Part shown: positions 51,001 through 64,000 of the stretch, piece after piece
How positions within the stretch are numbered: position 1 is the stretch's first letter
How the letters are laid out: the number at the start of each line of letters is the position of its first letter
Source: Lama glama
Lineage: Eukaryota
Assembly (NCBI GenBank): GCA_028534125.1
Contig: CM052816.1
Coordinates: 66,280,001-66,344,000 of the forward strand
DNA: 64,000 nt
Reading direction: 5' to 3'
The notes under the pieces: model-generated
Database searches by the model: none
Told to the model about the DNA's origin: nothing
What the model saw: only the letters and a program-made list of their open reading frames with translations
Translations under genes and position numbers: made by a program

Positions 51001-54000
51001 ATTTTTTTCTCACTTTTTTTCCCCCTTTTTGGTTTTCTTGCCTGTGTTACTTGGAATTTAACTTGGGCTGACAGAAAAGGTTTTACTGATTTGTGTGGGA
51101 GCCAGAGAGAGAGAGAGACCAAGAAATTACACAAGATTTAGATTTAACATTCTGCGTGATGCTGGGTGACCCAAGATGGAGGCAGTCACAAGGAGTGCTC
51201 AGTATGACAAACACCAGATAGGGCACTTGTATACATGCAATTTACTATTCTGGATTTTGTGCCTCAGTTTCTTATCTTTCAAGAAGGAGCACAGTGTCAA
51301 TATATGGAACGTCATATATAAACATTTGTTTCTGGTTCCTCTCTGTTGCTGTCCCTCTGTGACTGGTACAGGTATGTGAATGTCTGCCCTGTTTATCCTG
51401 GGCCTGGGGTAATTACCGCAGTCAGCGTGTTGGGGAGTGTATGTTGCTCCCACAAAGACGAAGATTACCCCTGCTTCATGCCTTCCTTACTAAATTGGCT
51501 CTGGGCTGTACACATATTCATGCTGAGTATGACATCGACCCTGACCTGCTTTCACTTTGGCAAGCATTTTTTTAACATCTGACGCGTGGAAGGTACCTGA
51601 GTTGGGAAAGGTTGAACTAGAAATCACAATAAGACATAAGACTCGGCCCTACAATAAAAAGCTTGCCTCCCTGACAAGGTTATCTAGATGGCGACTGTTA
51701 AATGGTTTTGGTTACATAAATTATGTAGTGTGTTTCTACAGGACCTTTGTTAATGACATGGACAGGATAATAATTGTGTTGTAAAGTGCAAGTCTCAACC
51801 AGGGAGAAATAAAGGATATTGTACAGTCCACTCTGCATAACACAGAGATGAGGGTTAACCCTGTAAGTGCCAGATTTTACTCTTTTGTGACAGAAAGCTT
51901 CCCCACCAAATATCAGGTACATCTCCCTCCCTCAAACTGAAGAATCTATCCATCCCAGCAGTACGTACCCCCACCCCCAGCCTCTAGTCCTCCCCTCTCC
52001 CTCCCCTGCAAGCTGAAAGCCAGCATCTAACAAATTTTGGCCCACAACTGTTGGCAAGCAATGATTCTTCCCCTTTCTTCAACAAAGAAAATAAAACCTT
52101 TCAATGGTGAAATATTACAGGGTTACAGTTTGGGCAGGTGGGGAGGGAGCCAAGGGTCATGCCAGTGAGCAGAGGGGTCTGTCCTCCCTCTCTAGTCATC
52201 CATCTGTCCAGCAGCTGCAGGATAGCCAGTTCAGCCTTGACACCACCAACATCACCGCTCGTCTTTGTTCTGTTGCTTTAATTTTTGTCTCTTATCACGT
52301 CCCCCGTGCTTCTTGCCCTGCTGCCTTCTCTGGACAGGGTCAGTCAGTGAGGGTGCTCCCCTCATTCCCAGCCTTCTGCTTCTCTTCCCGGGTAGACCAG
52401 ATACTGAAATAATTGCTAGCATCTCTCTAATCAGCCTCAGTTCTCCCAAATGCTGCCTTTTATAGATGCTCAGGAGTTCCTTCCTGCCTTATCAATCTAT
52501 TGGAGGTGAGGACAGTTTAGGGTGTAGGATTATTTCTGGGTCTGAATAATTTTGAGGAAACCAGAAGTTTTCGGAAACTGGACAATGGGTAGTTGAGGGT
52601 TTGCTCTATTTATAAATGGATGAAAACATTATTTTTAAGAAAGGACTGCTTCTTACAATTCAGGAACCAGGAAAAGCAAGTAAGATCTCAGTCCTTTTTT
52701 TTTTAATTCTTGTTTCTTTTGGGTCAGAGAAATTTAATTCTGTAGTTCAGTTAAAAGATGCCTCTACATAGAGAAAGATGAGACTGATAATCCCCAATAG
52801 TTTCCTTCACACATTTCAAAATAAATGCAGGCTCCAGACAGGACACCCACCTTAGCAGATAATTATTTTTGTTCAGCAGCAAAACATCAAGCTTCAAATA
52901 ACTATTTGATTCAATGAATATTTATGAATCTTGGAGGAAGTTTAAACAGGCTCAAAATATCGTATTAGCCAATTTTCTAATAGGAATGTAATTTTTTTTT
53001 AATGATCCTTTGTTTACTCCTTAATGTTAAAACGGACCCTGCCTGGAATCCTGAAATGATGAGTCTGTCATTTCAGCTGCCATAAAGCACTGAGCCTATG
53101 TCCTTACATGCAGCTAAGTCATCAACAACTATTTTCAGATTGGGAGTCAATTTCCATAATTTAATCTTCAGGGAAGCTGGTATTATGATTGCATTATTCA
53201 AATAACATACTATATTTTAAACTGATGAATAAATCTGCATTTTGGGTAGTCGAGAAGTAACAAAATTGAGCAAAGTAGAGTAAAGGAATTTCAGAGCTCT
53301 ACACTTTCCCCCAAAGCAGTAATGTCTCTTTGTTTGGTACTTCACTTAATAACTGGAAAAAGCTCATCAGCAATCAGTTTTCATTTGGAATCAAGCACAA
53401 GAGACAATTAATGAGAATTCTCATTGACTGGAATCACACTGGTACCTCAGAAACCCTTACAGATTAAGAGTTTAAGATGAACATATGCAAACGTTTGCCA
53501 CAGAATTTATGTCTTTTCTTTGGCAAAAATCTTTTTCTGCAGTTGATTCAGTGAGTTTTTCGCACTGTGATTCTTGACCTACTCAACCCAAAGCAATCCT
53601 AGATTTTCTTTTCCAGGATCTTCCTTTGGGACACAGCCCTCTTGGGGGTTTTCACTGTTGGCTGAGTTCTCAAACAAATCTCTTATAGATCATTAGGGAC
53701 TGATATGTTGGTCTCTTCCCAGAACTGCACCCCAGTTCTATTATTGAGTTAGAGCAGTAGTATTCTGTGACCTGGGCCATTATTTCTCCTGGCAGGGAGA
53801 CTGCTTAGTTGACAGATTTGTTGCTAAATATTTACAGAATTCGGGAAATAGAAAGTTGTTGGGTAGGCTCAAGAAATGATTTCAGTACGCAGTTATCTTG
53901 AATTTTGCTTACAAGCCATAGTTTGAGTTAAAGAAATCTGGAGCTTTTTAAGTCTCTGAAATAATTTTATTACCAGTTTAAGAAAAGCCTAGAGTTCTAA

Positions 54001-55369
54001 ACACCTTTCACATTTCCCTGAGTTAGAAAGTAATCAAAGTAATCATACTGAGTTTGAAAGCTGATTTCCATACTTAACTTTCACAGTTTATTATGCTTAA
54101 CTCTGCTTTTTTTTCCTTTGATGTTTAGCTGAAAAGGCAATGCTTGAGAGGCTTCAAATTAAAGAAAATCAATAATTACACTCTGACCTACATTTAAATC
54201 ATTAATTCACAGTTCTATTTAAAAATACTGAAACAGCAGATTTAACTCAGAATTCCAAAAAACAATAAAATATTTCACAAATACAAGGTCAGGTCAGTGA
54301 AATAAGCTGTTAATTCACAGACGATGCCTAATACCAGAAGGTCTACCTCCCTCTCCCCCACATCCCCCTATTTGCGGCTTCTGTCCAGACCTCCTGCCTT
54401 AATCTATCTCGTGTTCTGCCTCCTGATCCCATCTCAGCCTCCCTGACTTAGCCTGTAATTACTCCTTCAGTGAGCTGCTTTGCTGCCTGTGACATGTTTG
54501 ATACCACTTCAATCATGCAAAAAATGTTTACTGACTACGTGTCTTCAAGCACAGCTCTGGTAACTGGAGATATGGTGGTGAACAAAACAGATGCTCCTCA
54601 GTTGGCTTCCTATCTCAACTATGATCTGGACCTTTTAGCAGACCCACAAGACCTACATATAATGGCACCAGTTTTTATTTTTTATAAAGAAAGCACCCTT
54701 TCCAAATCTAACCTAGTTTTAAATCTTGGCTTTAAAATGAAGATATGAATTATAATGAGCCACATAAGGCAAAAAGTGAGTTTTGCAATCTGATTATGAA
54801 GATTCTACTGACTGAGGAAATAATTTCCATATATATTAAAAGAACTCAGAGTGAAATATGAGACTCAGTTAATTGCTTTCACGAGGCAGAGACCCAATTT
54901 CTTTGCTGCTTCTTTTTCAAAGCCTTTTTAACTAAAAAGTTTCAATGTTTTCTTACAAATATTTCTTGGGGTTTTGTATCTATTACAAATAATTGCTGAA
55001 TGCAACTCTTTCCCTGCTCATCTTTGAATCAAGTTACTGACATGCAGACACAAGCCAAGGCCAAGCAATGACTCAACTATGTGCTGCATCTATTTTCCAA
55101 GGTCTTTAATAAGGTTATAAACAATAAAGAAATCTGAAGCACTCACAATAGCAAGAAGTAAGAAGCATCAACTATACATGTAGCTTACTATTTCTTTTTT
55201 TCCCTAACCTTTCAATTCTTCTCATTCATTTTGTTGGTGAATAAGAAGAAATTGAAATCAAACTTCTGGCCTTTGGAAATCAGTCCCTTGCCAGCGTGAA
55301 AACTGCATTAAGTTGAGAAGAGTGAGAGGGAAGACTAACACTGGGGAGTTTGCTTCACCATATAAAAAT

Positions 55370-55620
55370 GTATTATAAAGCACCAGGTGTTCAAATTGTG
55401 TGGTACAAATTAAAAATAGAAGACTAGAATGATGGAACAGAATAGGGATGCCTGGAATGGAGCTAAGCCTCTAAGTTTAATAAATTATAATACCATGTGA
55501 AATAAAATAATGGACAAGTAAGTAATGACTAACAAACACGGATTAATAATAGAGAAAAAAGTTATCATATACAACTATAAATTCCAGAAGGACTAAAGAA
55601 TTTAATTTTAAAAAACCCTC
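55370..55620 (+). mobile_element. Degenerate old L1 ORF2 fragment
   Basis: 'tattataaagc...tgtgtggtac...gatggaacagaatag' and 'ataaattccagaaggactaaagaatttaa'. Confidence 0.5.
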
Positions 55621-56319
55621 AAGCTTAAAAAAATTGTGAATAACATTATGCTGATTAAAGTCAAAGAATAAATTATTAATGGTAAAGTAAATAACTGAAA
55701 ACTTTCTTTAGCAAAAAGCTAAAAGTAAGACAAGGAATAGTTAATCCTGATGAAGATGACTAACTTTGACATGACAAACCAATACAGTTCCATAAAAAGC
55801 AATACTCTCCTTTCATTGTAAGGATGGTGAAAAGATGTAAAAAGTGCCTCACATCCTTTGACAGACCTTATATTCATCCTTCAAGACTTAACTCAATGTC
55901 ACCTTCTCTGTGAAGCCTTCCAAGTAGCTCTACTGGCGCCAACAGACTTATTCATAATGCTGTAACTTTTAAAAAAAATTGCATTCCCTTGTCATTTATT
56001 CTTTACATGTCTTTTTCTTTAGATAATTCATCAGCTACTTATCTTTTTATTCCCAAGGCTTAGCAGGATGAATGTTCCACATAATGAGTGATAGATAAAT
56101 GCTAGTTAAGTGAAAAGAAAATTCACACAGAACCGATCACTTTGGAATTCTTTAAGAATGCTAATTCCTCAATACTAGGACTTTTCTAAGCACTATGAAG
56201 GAAAGGATGCAGAAGGACAAACTATAAGAATGCACAGTCTCAACAACTACTTCTGGAGAGGACAGAATAGAAGAAAAAGCACCTGAATAGGTGTTAAGTA
56301 AAATCCTACTAATAAATTA

Positions 56320-56760
56320 CATTAGTTAGTAGGGAGGCTATTTTCTGGAGCAAATCCACCTATAGCCCAAATATGATAGAAGTTTATTCCTTGTGTACCT
56401 AATAAATAAAATAAATGATTTAGTGGAGGAAGCTCTCTTTCAAATAGCGATTTCTAGAAACCCAGGCTCCTCCCATCTTCTAGCTCTACCATCTTCACCG
56501 TATGGTCTCCAAGATTCTGTATGGAGCCCATCAAAAAAAGGAAAACAGGGATGGAGAAAGCAAATGCACATCTCTTAACCACCATGATCTGCTAGCAGCA
56601 TACATTACTTTGGCTTCCATTCTGTTGGTCAGAACTAATCACATGGCTCACCTAGGTGCAAGGGAAGCTGGGAAATGTAGTCCCTGACTGCAACCACTTC
56701 CCAGTAAGTAGTGTTATAGAAGAGTGTGCATACATTTGATGGAGAATTAGCCATCTCTAC
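56320..56760 (-). mobile_element. MLT1 (MLT1J-like) LTR
   Basis: 'ccaggctcctcccatctt...cattctgttggtcagaactaatcacatggctcacctaggtgcaagggaagctgggaaatgtagtc'. Confidence 0.8.
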
Positions 56761-58158
56761 TTCATAAAGATTTCCTACACCTTCTTTTAAATTTTTTGTA
56801 AATGGATTATATCTACATAAACACATATGCATACATATACATATATTTCTTTATCTATCTACGTACATTTAACTTCTGAAAGATTCACAAACACACACAC
56901 ACACACACATACACACACACTTACACAGGACTTACAGATCTTTGAGAAATACAAGGTTGGGGCTACAAGTAAGCCAATGCAGTTAGAGGTATGATTCTTC
57001 CCCAAATCAGAATGTTGAGTTTTGTTTAAGTCTCTTTCTTCAACTACATTCTACATCCTACAGCAATGATTCTCAGACTTTTTAAATAATTACTGCACAC
57101 ACTATGAACCAAGCACTATGTCAACTGAAAAATGAGGCAAAGTTCTTATCGCCTCAAAGGAATAATCAGCCTAGGGGGAAAAAAAGAGACAAAAGCAGGT
57201 AATAATAATGTCAAGGATAAACAATAACAAAATCAGTGCTGACTTTAATACTTAAAAGGGTCAGTTATCTTTCATATTTTTAATGTTTTCCCAGCATTCT
57301 ATCAGGATTAATAGATCATTTCCCTAATAAGTTCTCTCTAGATATTGTGGAATAGCTTACGTGCCTTTTAAAGAATTTCCTAATCTCCACTCTATAAACA
57401 AGAGTAAGGGCTGGGATAGGAAAGGCAGGGGAAAGTTCTCTACCTTCTCCACACATGTTTTGTTATTGTTGGTCTGTCATTTATTTATAAGGCAGTTATC
57501 ATTATGGCCATGTAGTAACAGTAAAAGCTCGTTTTTGTTGTTGTTCAAAGATGATTCTAAGTGTATTATTTAAATGTTTGAAAGATTTTAAAAGTTCATT
57601 TAATAAGGAAGAGAGTTGGACATAGGCAATATCAAATCCCATTTAGAGCCATTTAAGCCCTAGAAAAAAATTTTAAGTTCTTGATTGTAATAATTGCTGT
57701 GATCAAAAATAAATATTTGCTGAACATTTACAAAGTAAATGACTTGGTGCTGAATACTGTTAGACCTATGGAATTTTACTTTATGCTGCCCAAGCTAAAG
57801 AATTTTATAATTCTACTGATGAACAAAAAGAAGATTTAAGCAATAAGATGATAAAAATATATATACAAAATAACATGGAAACTCAGTTGGTTGGGTGCCA
57901 TGGAATCAGTACCAATGAACACACATTATGCTGTTTTCTTTGTGAACATTTCTCACCTCAGCCTTTGGAAGCTCAGAAATAATAAATATTTTGACTAAAT
58001 AATAGCATGCATTTGGTTACCAGCTGTGACCTCCAGAAAAATGGGAGAGGCAGATGGCAGGAAGCAGCGAAAGGGAAGTTTACTAGAGAAATGTTAGAAT
58101 GTGAGTGTTTTAAAGATTGCGTCTACTATACTCAGGTTGTCTGTAAATCTCTAAAGAA

Positions 58159-58334
58159 TAGGGTACCCAGATAAAATAGAGGATACCCCGTTAGGTGTTA
58201 ATTTCAGATGAACGATTAAAAATTTCTCAGTGTAGGTATGTTCCAAATATAGCATGGGAATACTTATGTTAAAATGTATGCATTATTTATCTGAAATTCA
58301 AATTTTGCTTTTGTTGGTACATCTGGCAACCCTA
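58159..58334. mobile_element. MER53-like hAT MITE
   Basis: Terminal inverted repeats TAGGGTACCCAGAT / ATCTGGCAACCCTA (12/14 match); internal 'aatttcagat'/'atctgaaatt'. Confidence 0.8.
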
Positions 58335-58919
58335 TTAAAGGTTCCAGTAAGGATCCTTCCAGTGTTATAGTAATATATGCTACCTAAAAATCTCATTTAA
58401 AACAAAGCTGGTCAGAAATAATATTAGAAAAAATATAGAGGCTTCATTGTAGGTGCTGGATCAACACGAGTTGTATCTACTTAATACGTCTTCATTTCTG
58501 AGGGAAATGGGAGGACCTGAAGCTTATGTCAGTGTAACCAGAAGGTTCCAGTTCACTGGTTCAGTTTCAGCTTCCATCGTCCTCTTGCTAGCTTTTGTAT
58601 ATGTGTCCTGATAGACAATTAAGTATCAAGCTCAGAGACCCAATCAGGCAGTTTTCTGATCTAGAAACAGGAGTCAATGAAATAAATATCAACAGTAATT
58701 ATTCAAATAGTATCTTTACATTTGCAGAATGTCACAGTTCTGTCACCTTTTCAGAATCTGGAAATGTATTTGATCTGCAAACCAACTTTGTGAAATACTT
58801 TTCTATTTCAGGCAGATCTACTCAAGATTCCTGGTTTCTGGGAAATTGTGTGCATTCCCCCTGCAGCTACGGAAATAGCATGAAACAAATATTGCTTTTC
58901 ATTCTAGCTGTCAAACATG

Positions 58920-59150
58920 TACTTTATGGATGAGTTAATTACTATGCAAGAGGGGACTGACTCACATTGGTGTGCAGTGGCTGCTAATGAGAAGTCATAA
59001 ATCAAAGTCCTTAATGTTAAGCCCAAGCTGCAACGTGCAGTTCTCTTGAAATATCACAAGGAAGGCTACGTGTGTATGCATATACGGGCAATGACTCTCT
59101 GACTCTCAGGAAGTTAGCTGCTTCCTGATGCCCAGTTTAAATATTTAGCA
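58920..59150. promoter_or_regulatory. Candidate enhancer
   Basis: AP-1 TGACTCA, PBX-HOX GTCATAAATCA overlapping TCF ATCAAAG, TACGTG, inverted ETS pair. Confidence 0.4.
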
Positions 59151-59659
59151 TATAACCCGTCCTCTCTCTCACTCTCCCCTTTGTGATGTCTTTGTTTCCT
59201 GTAAGTCCCATAGATCTCAGAGCTCTCTGCAAGGGTAGTGAGAAGGGGCAGGCAGTGAGCTGCCTAAAAACACAATAGGATGATGCTGGCTCCTTGGGCT
59301 GACTCCCTGATAAACTAGTTACAGGGTAGATGGTGACTGCCTAGAATGAAAGGTTATTTTTTGTTTTTTGTTTTTTCCTAGACTCAGCAAGGAACAAAAA
59401 AACCCTTCCTATTTATATTCATCATAAATTCTTCATAAATTGGGGATTGGTTTAGGGATATAAAACTCCCCTTCTAAAGTACAAATGTTCCCATCTACCT
59501 GAGCAAGTCAGTTATCAATTTATATACATCCTGTAAATTGTCCTAATCTGATTTGTCCCTGGAAAGCACCAAAGCAATCAGCTAATAGAAGTTGTTTAAA
59601 TGGGGAGAAAAGTCTGTGGAAAGGGAGTTACGTAGGTGAAGGCTGAGCCTGGGCATTTG

Positions 59660-60060
59660 TTTTCTCATTTATTTATTCATCAATTGCATGTGAATTGAGT
59701 GCCTACTAATTGTAAAGTCCTTTGAGAGATGCTGGGATAGGTATCACTCTAATTCATATTTAAGACCTTTAGAGCATAGTGGAGGAAGTAAGCAGGTAAA
59801 GATGATAACACAAGGCTGGATGAAATAAGTGCTTACGAGATGGATAAGGGGCAGGGCAGAGGGAGCCCCTGAGAAACAACCGATCCTGATAGGAGGAAGG
59901 GATGGTAACTCACACTTAATGAAGTCCTGCTCCATGGCCAGCATCAGAGTGGCCTCAGTTAGGACATTACCTGCACCTTCAAGGAGGGGAATATTCACAG
60001 TGAGCTTTAGAAGGAAAGGAGGGCTCCAGAGGTCTCCCAAGTCAGGACAGGGGCCCCTTG
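59660..60060 (-). mobile_element. L2 fragment
   Basis: 'catttatttattcatcaa...ttgagtgcctacta...gtgagctttagaagga'. Confidence 0.5.
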
Positions 60061-60440
60061 TTCTGCAGAACAATGGAGGAGCAGGGAGCACCGCGCATGT
60101 CAACTATGGCCCGTGGTTTGGTGTGGCTGGAGTGAAGAAAGACACCTGCAATTATTACACCCCATCTACTTCGGCCGCAGTAGGCCTGGGCGAATGGAGG
60201 CTTTGGAAATTAAAGGTTGCATGCAGAAAAGCCCTGGATACATGGAAGAGAGAGAGGGGAGGCAAGGGCTGAGAGACTGACCCAAAAGGCAATCTTAGAG
60301 ACAAAGGCTGATTCTGCAATAGCGGTCTGGTGACTTTCACAGTGACTGCCACACAAAAACTTGATTGCCCCCTGCCAAACCCCTGAATTGAATCTTATAA
60401 GCTATATCCAGCATACTGTGGGCTTCATATCCAAGTTTTC

Positions 60441-60518
60441 AATATATATATATATTAAATAAATAAATATATATATTAAATATATATATATTTAAATATA
60501 TATATATATATATATATA
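60441..60518. repeat. (TA)n-rich low-complexity tract
   Basis: Direct reading of the sequence. Confidence 0.95.
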
Positions 60519-60527
60519 AAATGTTTG

Positions 60528-61826
60528 ATTTACATGCAGCTGTCCAGTTTTCCCAACACAATTTGCTGAAGAGACTGTCTTTATTCCATTGTATGCTCTT
60601 GCCTCCTTTGTCGAAGATTTTTTTCTTCAAGGGCAGCTACCCAGGCGATAGAAATAAGAGCAAAAATAAACAAATGGGACCTAATTAAACTTACAAGGTT
60701 TTGCACAGCAAAGGAAATCATAAGCAAAACAAAAAGACAACCTACAGAATGGGAGAAAATATTTGCAAAAGATGAGAATGACAAGGGCTTAATTTCCAGA
60801 ATATATACACAGCTCATACAACTTAATAACAAAAAAACAAACAACCCAATCCAAAAAATGGGCAGAAGACCTGAAGAAGCAATTCTCCAGTGAAGACATA
60901 CAAGTGGCTAACAGACACATGAAAATATGCTCAGTATTGTTAATTATCAGAGGAATGCAAATCAAAACTACAATGAAGTATCACCTCACACCAGTCACAA
61001 CAGCCATCATTCAGAAGTCCACAAACAATAAATGCTGGAGAGGGTGTGGAGAAAAGAGAACCCTCCTACATTGTTGGTGGGAATGTGGTTTGGTGCAGCC
61101 ATTATGGAAAACAGTATGGAAATTCCTCAGAAGACTAAAAATAGACTTACTATATGATCCAGCAATCCCACTCCTGGGCATATATCCTGAGGGAATCTTA
61201 ATTCAAAGAGATACACGTACCCCAATATTCATAGCAGCACTATTTACAATAGCCAAAACATGGAAACAACCCTGAATGTCCACTGACAGATGACTGGATA
61301 AAGAAGTTTTGGTATGTTTACACAATGGAATACTACTCAGCCATAAAAATAATACAATAACGCCATTTGCAGCAACATGGATGGAACTGGAGACTGTCGT
61401 TCTAACTGAAGTAAGCCAGAAAGAGAAAGAAAAATACCATATAATATCACCTTTATGTGGAATCAAAAAAAAAAAAAAAAGAAAAAAGGCAAACAAACTT
61501 ATTTACAAAACAGAAACAGACTCTCAGACGTAGAGAATAAACATGTAGTTACCAGGGACGGAGGGGGAATGGGAAGGGATAAATTGGGAGTTAGAGATTT
61601 GCAGATACTAACTGATATATATAAAATAGATAAACAAGTTTATACTGTATAGCACAGGGAATTACATTCAATATCTTGTAGTAACTTAAGGTGAAAAAAG
61701 AATATGAAAACAAATATATGTATGTTCACGTATGACTGAAACATTGTGCTGTACACTGGAAATTGACACAACACTATAAACTGACGATTCTTCAATTAAA
61801 AATTACACACACACACACACACACAC
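60528..61826 (+). mobile_element. Young L1, 5'-truncated with 5' inversion and 9-bp TSD
   Basis: About 60528-60620 is antisense ORF2 ([25 protein letters not shown]); about 60625-61800 is sense ORF2 C-terminus (ORF 60904-61275, [19 protein letters not shown]) plus 3' UTR; (CA)n tail; TSD AAATGTTTG at 60519-60527 and 61827-61835. Confidence 0.92.
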
Positions 61827-62849
61827 AAATGTTTGGAAAGCCACAAAGATGATCATCTCCCTATTCTGCCAATTCAAGAGGCGCTAAAGCTCAGAGACTC
61901 TGGCCTTGCCTGTTTTCTAAGCAGCCATCTTATCGGAGAGAACAATGAAACAACGAGAAGGCACTCATCTGAAAACAGCTCCCAGGTGCTGCTGCTGCTC
62001 CTGACGTGGAGCATCCTGTCCCAGCCTGAGCCAGCTGGACATGCCACCCAGGGCTCATAAGCCATGGAATGCTGCATGCCTGGTGATCTATGTACCCCGG
62101 GCCTACAGAAACCTTTTCCATTTCAATCCTTTCCTAGTCACTTCCATCAATAAGACACTCAGTGGGTCCTGGGAACTTTGGCAGAGGCAGCACTGATGAT
62201 AAATCTGATAGGAATCACTTACTTCTCGTCACTGCATCTCTTTATCTCCTCGAGGGGAAACTACTTGATTCAGCCCCTGGGTTCAAGCTTACATTTCCCA
62301 CACTGGGAGGGAGTCTAGAAGGAGCACCTGCCTCAGACAGCATCTGGCTGGGCTGCAGTTTCTGTCTTTGCTGGCTGGCTCAGGACTCATGATCTGAATC
62401 TTGCTGGTCTAAACCCTTTGCTTTGAATTCCTGATCTGTGCCTAGACCCCATACTGCATCTCTAGGTGAACTCTAGAATTCCTGAAAAAAAAAAAAAACT
62501 GGCAAAGAATGTAGCATTGGGGTCCAGTTCCAAGTGGAAATATGTAAGATAGAGTTGTCAATTTGGAAGGACTGGTTGTAGAGGTAAGGGTATAAAAAAA
62601 ATCGTTCTGTAAAATCTAAATAAATAAGAGTTTAAGAAGCTTTTATATATAAGATATATTTATGTATTTCCCCAGAATGTTATTATTAATATGTAAGTCC
62701 AGTTCCAATAATATGTGATTTAAAATTTCCTTGGGAAAAGCTCTCATCTTTCAACATAACTTCACTGTACATTGGAGAAATTTTTAAAGAAATCCTGATG
62801 CTGGGGTCACAATGACGGAGATTTTGATTGAATTAGTACAGAACACAAA

Positions 62850-63164
62850 ATATTCGGCCCTCCATAGGGGCATTCTACATCCTTGGATTCAGTCAACCTC
62901 AAATTCAACCAACCATGGATTGAGAATGTTGCAAAAAATTTCCAGAAAGTTCCAAAAAGCAAAACTTGAATTTTCCACATGGTAACTAGCATTTACATTG
63001 TATTAGGTGTTAAAAGTGATTTAGAGATGATTTAAAGTTTATGGGAGGACGTGCGTGCGCAAATATTATGCCATTTTATATAAGGGACTTAAGATTCCAC
63101 AGATTTTAGTATCCAAGGAGGGGTCCTGGAACCGATTTCCCTCAGATACTGAGGGACAACTATA
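62850..63164. mobile_element. Tigger3/MER2-group TcMar-Tigger element
   Basis: 'ggattca...aaagttccaaaaagcaaaacttgaattt...gcatttacattgtattaggt...ggggtcctggaaccgatttccctcagatactgagggacaac'. Confidence 0.85.
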
Positions 63165-64000
63165 TGTCCTGAAAAGATGTCTGAGTGATTCTAATGAGGA
63201 ATCTGGACTGAGGCCTACAGTCTGACATAGACTAAAGGGCTTTATCTTGCCCTTCAGTGTGTACAGCATGCCAGGTCAGTAGATCTTCTCTGTTCCTCAC
63301 AATCCCCTTGTAAGTCAGGATTTCTTGATTTCTTTTACAGACAGACAAGTAAGGCTGAGAAAGGTTAAATACTGTCGAGTATCCAAGGTTATACAGTCTC
63401 TGGTTTGTTGGGTTTGTCTCACTTTGAGACAAGGGACTCCAATTAACAGCCTGCAAGGCCTTCGCTTGCAGCTCCCCTCAGCAGCCTCAGAATTCTCTGC
63501 TTGGTACGCCTTGCCTTTTTCTAAATGGAGTTTTAACCTATAATCCTGCTCCCTTCTTCCTGCCTTTCTCATTGCCTCCCAGATCCCTATCTCCGTTGGT
63601 TTTAAATTGAGGACATTTTTTAAAAAGGCAACTTTTCCTCTCAGCTGCAGGAAATTTCTCCTAAAATAAGCTGTTTTATCCAGCTATATAAATGAAGTCA
63701 TCTTTGGTACTTTTCAATTCATATCAGAAGGTCATAGGATATAAAATTCTGTGCTCAAGCAATTCAGAAAAGACTCATCTCCAGAATATAAACTATGAAG
63801 GCAAAGATTTACATAAATTACCATACTAATATTCATATTTAAAGTTAAGAGTTTATCAGAAACAGAAAGATAAGGAAATAATTTCAATTGTAGCAGAGCA
63901 TCCATTTTTCCACGTTGCTTAAATATTTGCTATGTAATTAGGAAGTACTGGGTAGCGGTAGGGCATAGCTAGTTTTTACTATACTTAACTCCTTGAATGC

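Noticed and set aside
7940..51380. Scattered AG|GTAAG donors as a multi-exon gene
   Set aside because: Count is near chance expectation and no consistent coding chain could be assembled
53410..53425. Perfect 16-bp palindrome AATGAGAATTCTCATT
   Set aside because: About one 8-bp-arm palindrome is expected by chance in 64 kb (64000/4^8)
1..64000. The many 60-173 aa ORFs in the six-frame track as host genes
   Set aside because: None resembles a protein family I recognise except L1 ORF2 pieces. Many use non-ATG starts or translate microsatellites and repeats, and their lengths fit chance in mammalian DNA.

Overview
Mammalian non-coding DNA (intergenic or deep intronic), AT-rich and CpG-depleted, with a more GC-rich block at about 19.4-22.2 kb. 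The lineage is most likely a camelid-type cetartiodactyl. This is an inference from young L1 3' ends of cetartiodactyl type, MER41-like ERV1 solo LTRs, and no ruminant BovB/Bov-tA, pig PRE1, primate Alu or carnivore SINEs that I could see. I recognise no host protein-coding exon, rRNA, tRNA, snRNA or known miRNA; the only ORFs with a recognisable product are L1 ORF2 fragments. The window holds ancient repeats (L2, MIR, L1M, MLT1/MLT2/LTR33, MER5/20/33/53, Tigger) and several young L1 insertions, four with readable target-site duplications (TSDs). The most notable observations are: a chimeric young-L1/old-L1M insertion under one 13-bp TSD; two 5'-inverted (twin-primed) L1s; an L1 whose TSD is present three times; a MER41-like LTR with overlapping STAT (GAS) and NF-kB sites plus other interferon-type motifs; and two motif-dense, repeat-free candidate enhancers at about 50.6-51.0 and 58.9-59.15 kb. 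I found no evidence of a new gene system. Repeat family names come from recalled consensus patterns, not a database search, and old-repeat boundaries are approximate.
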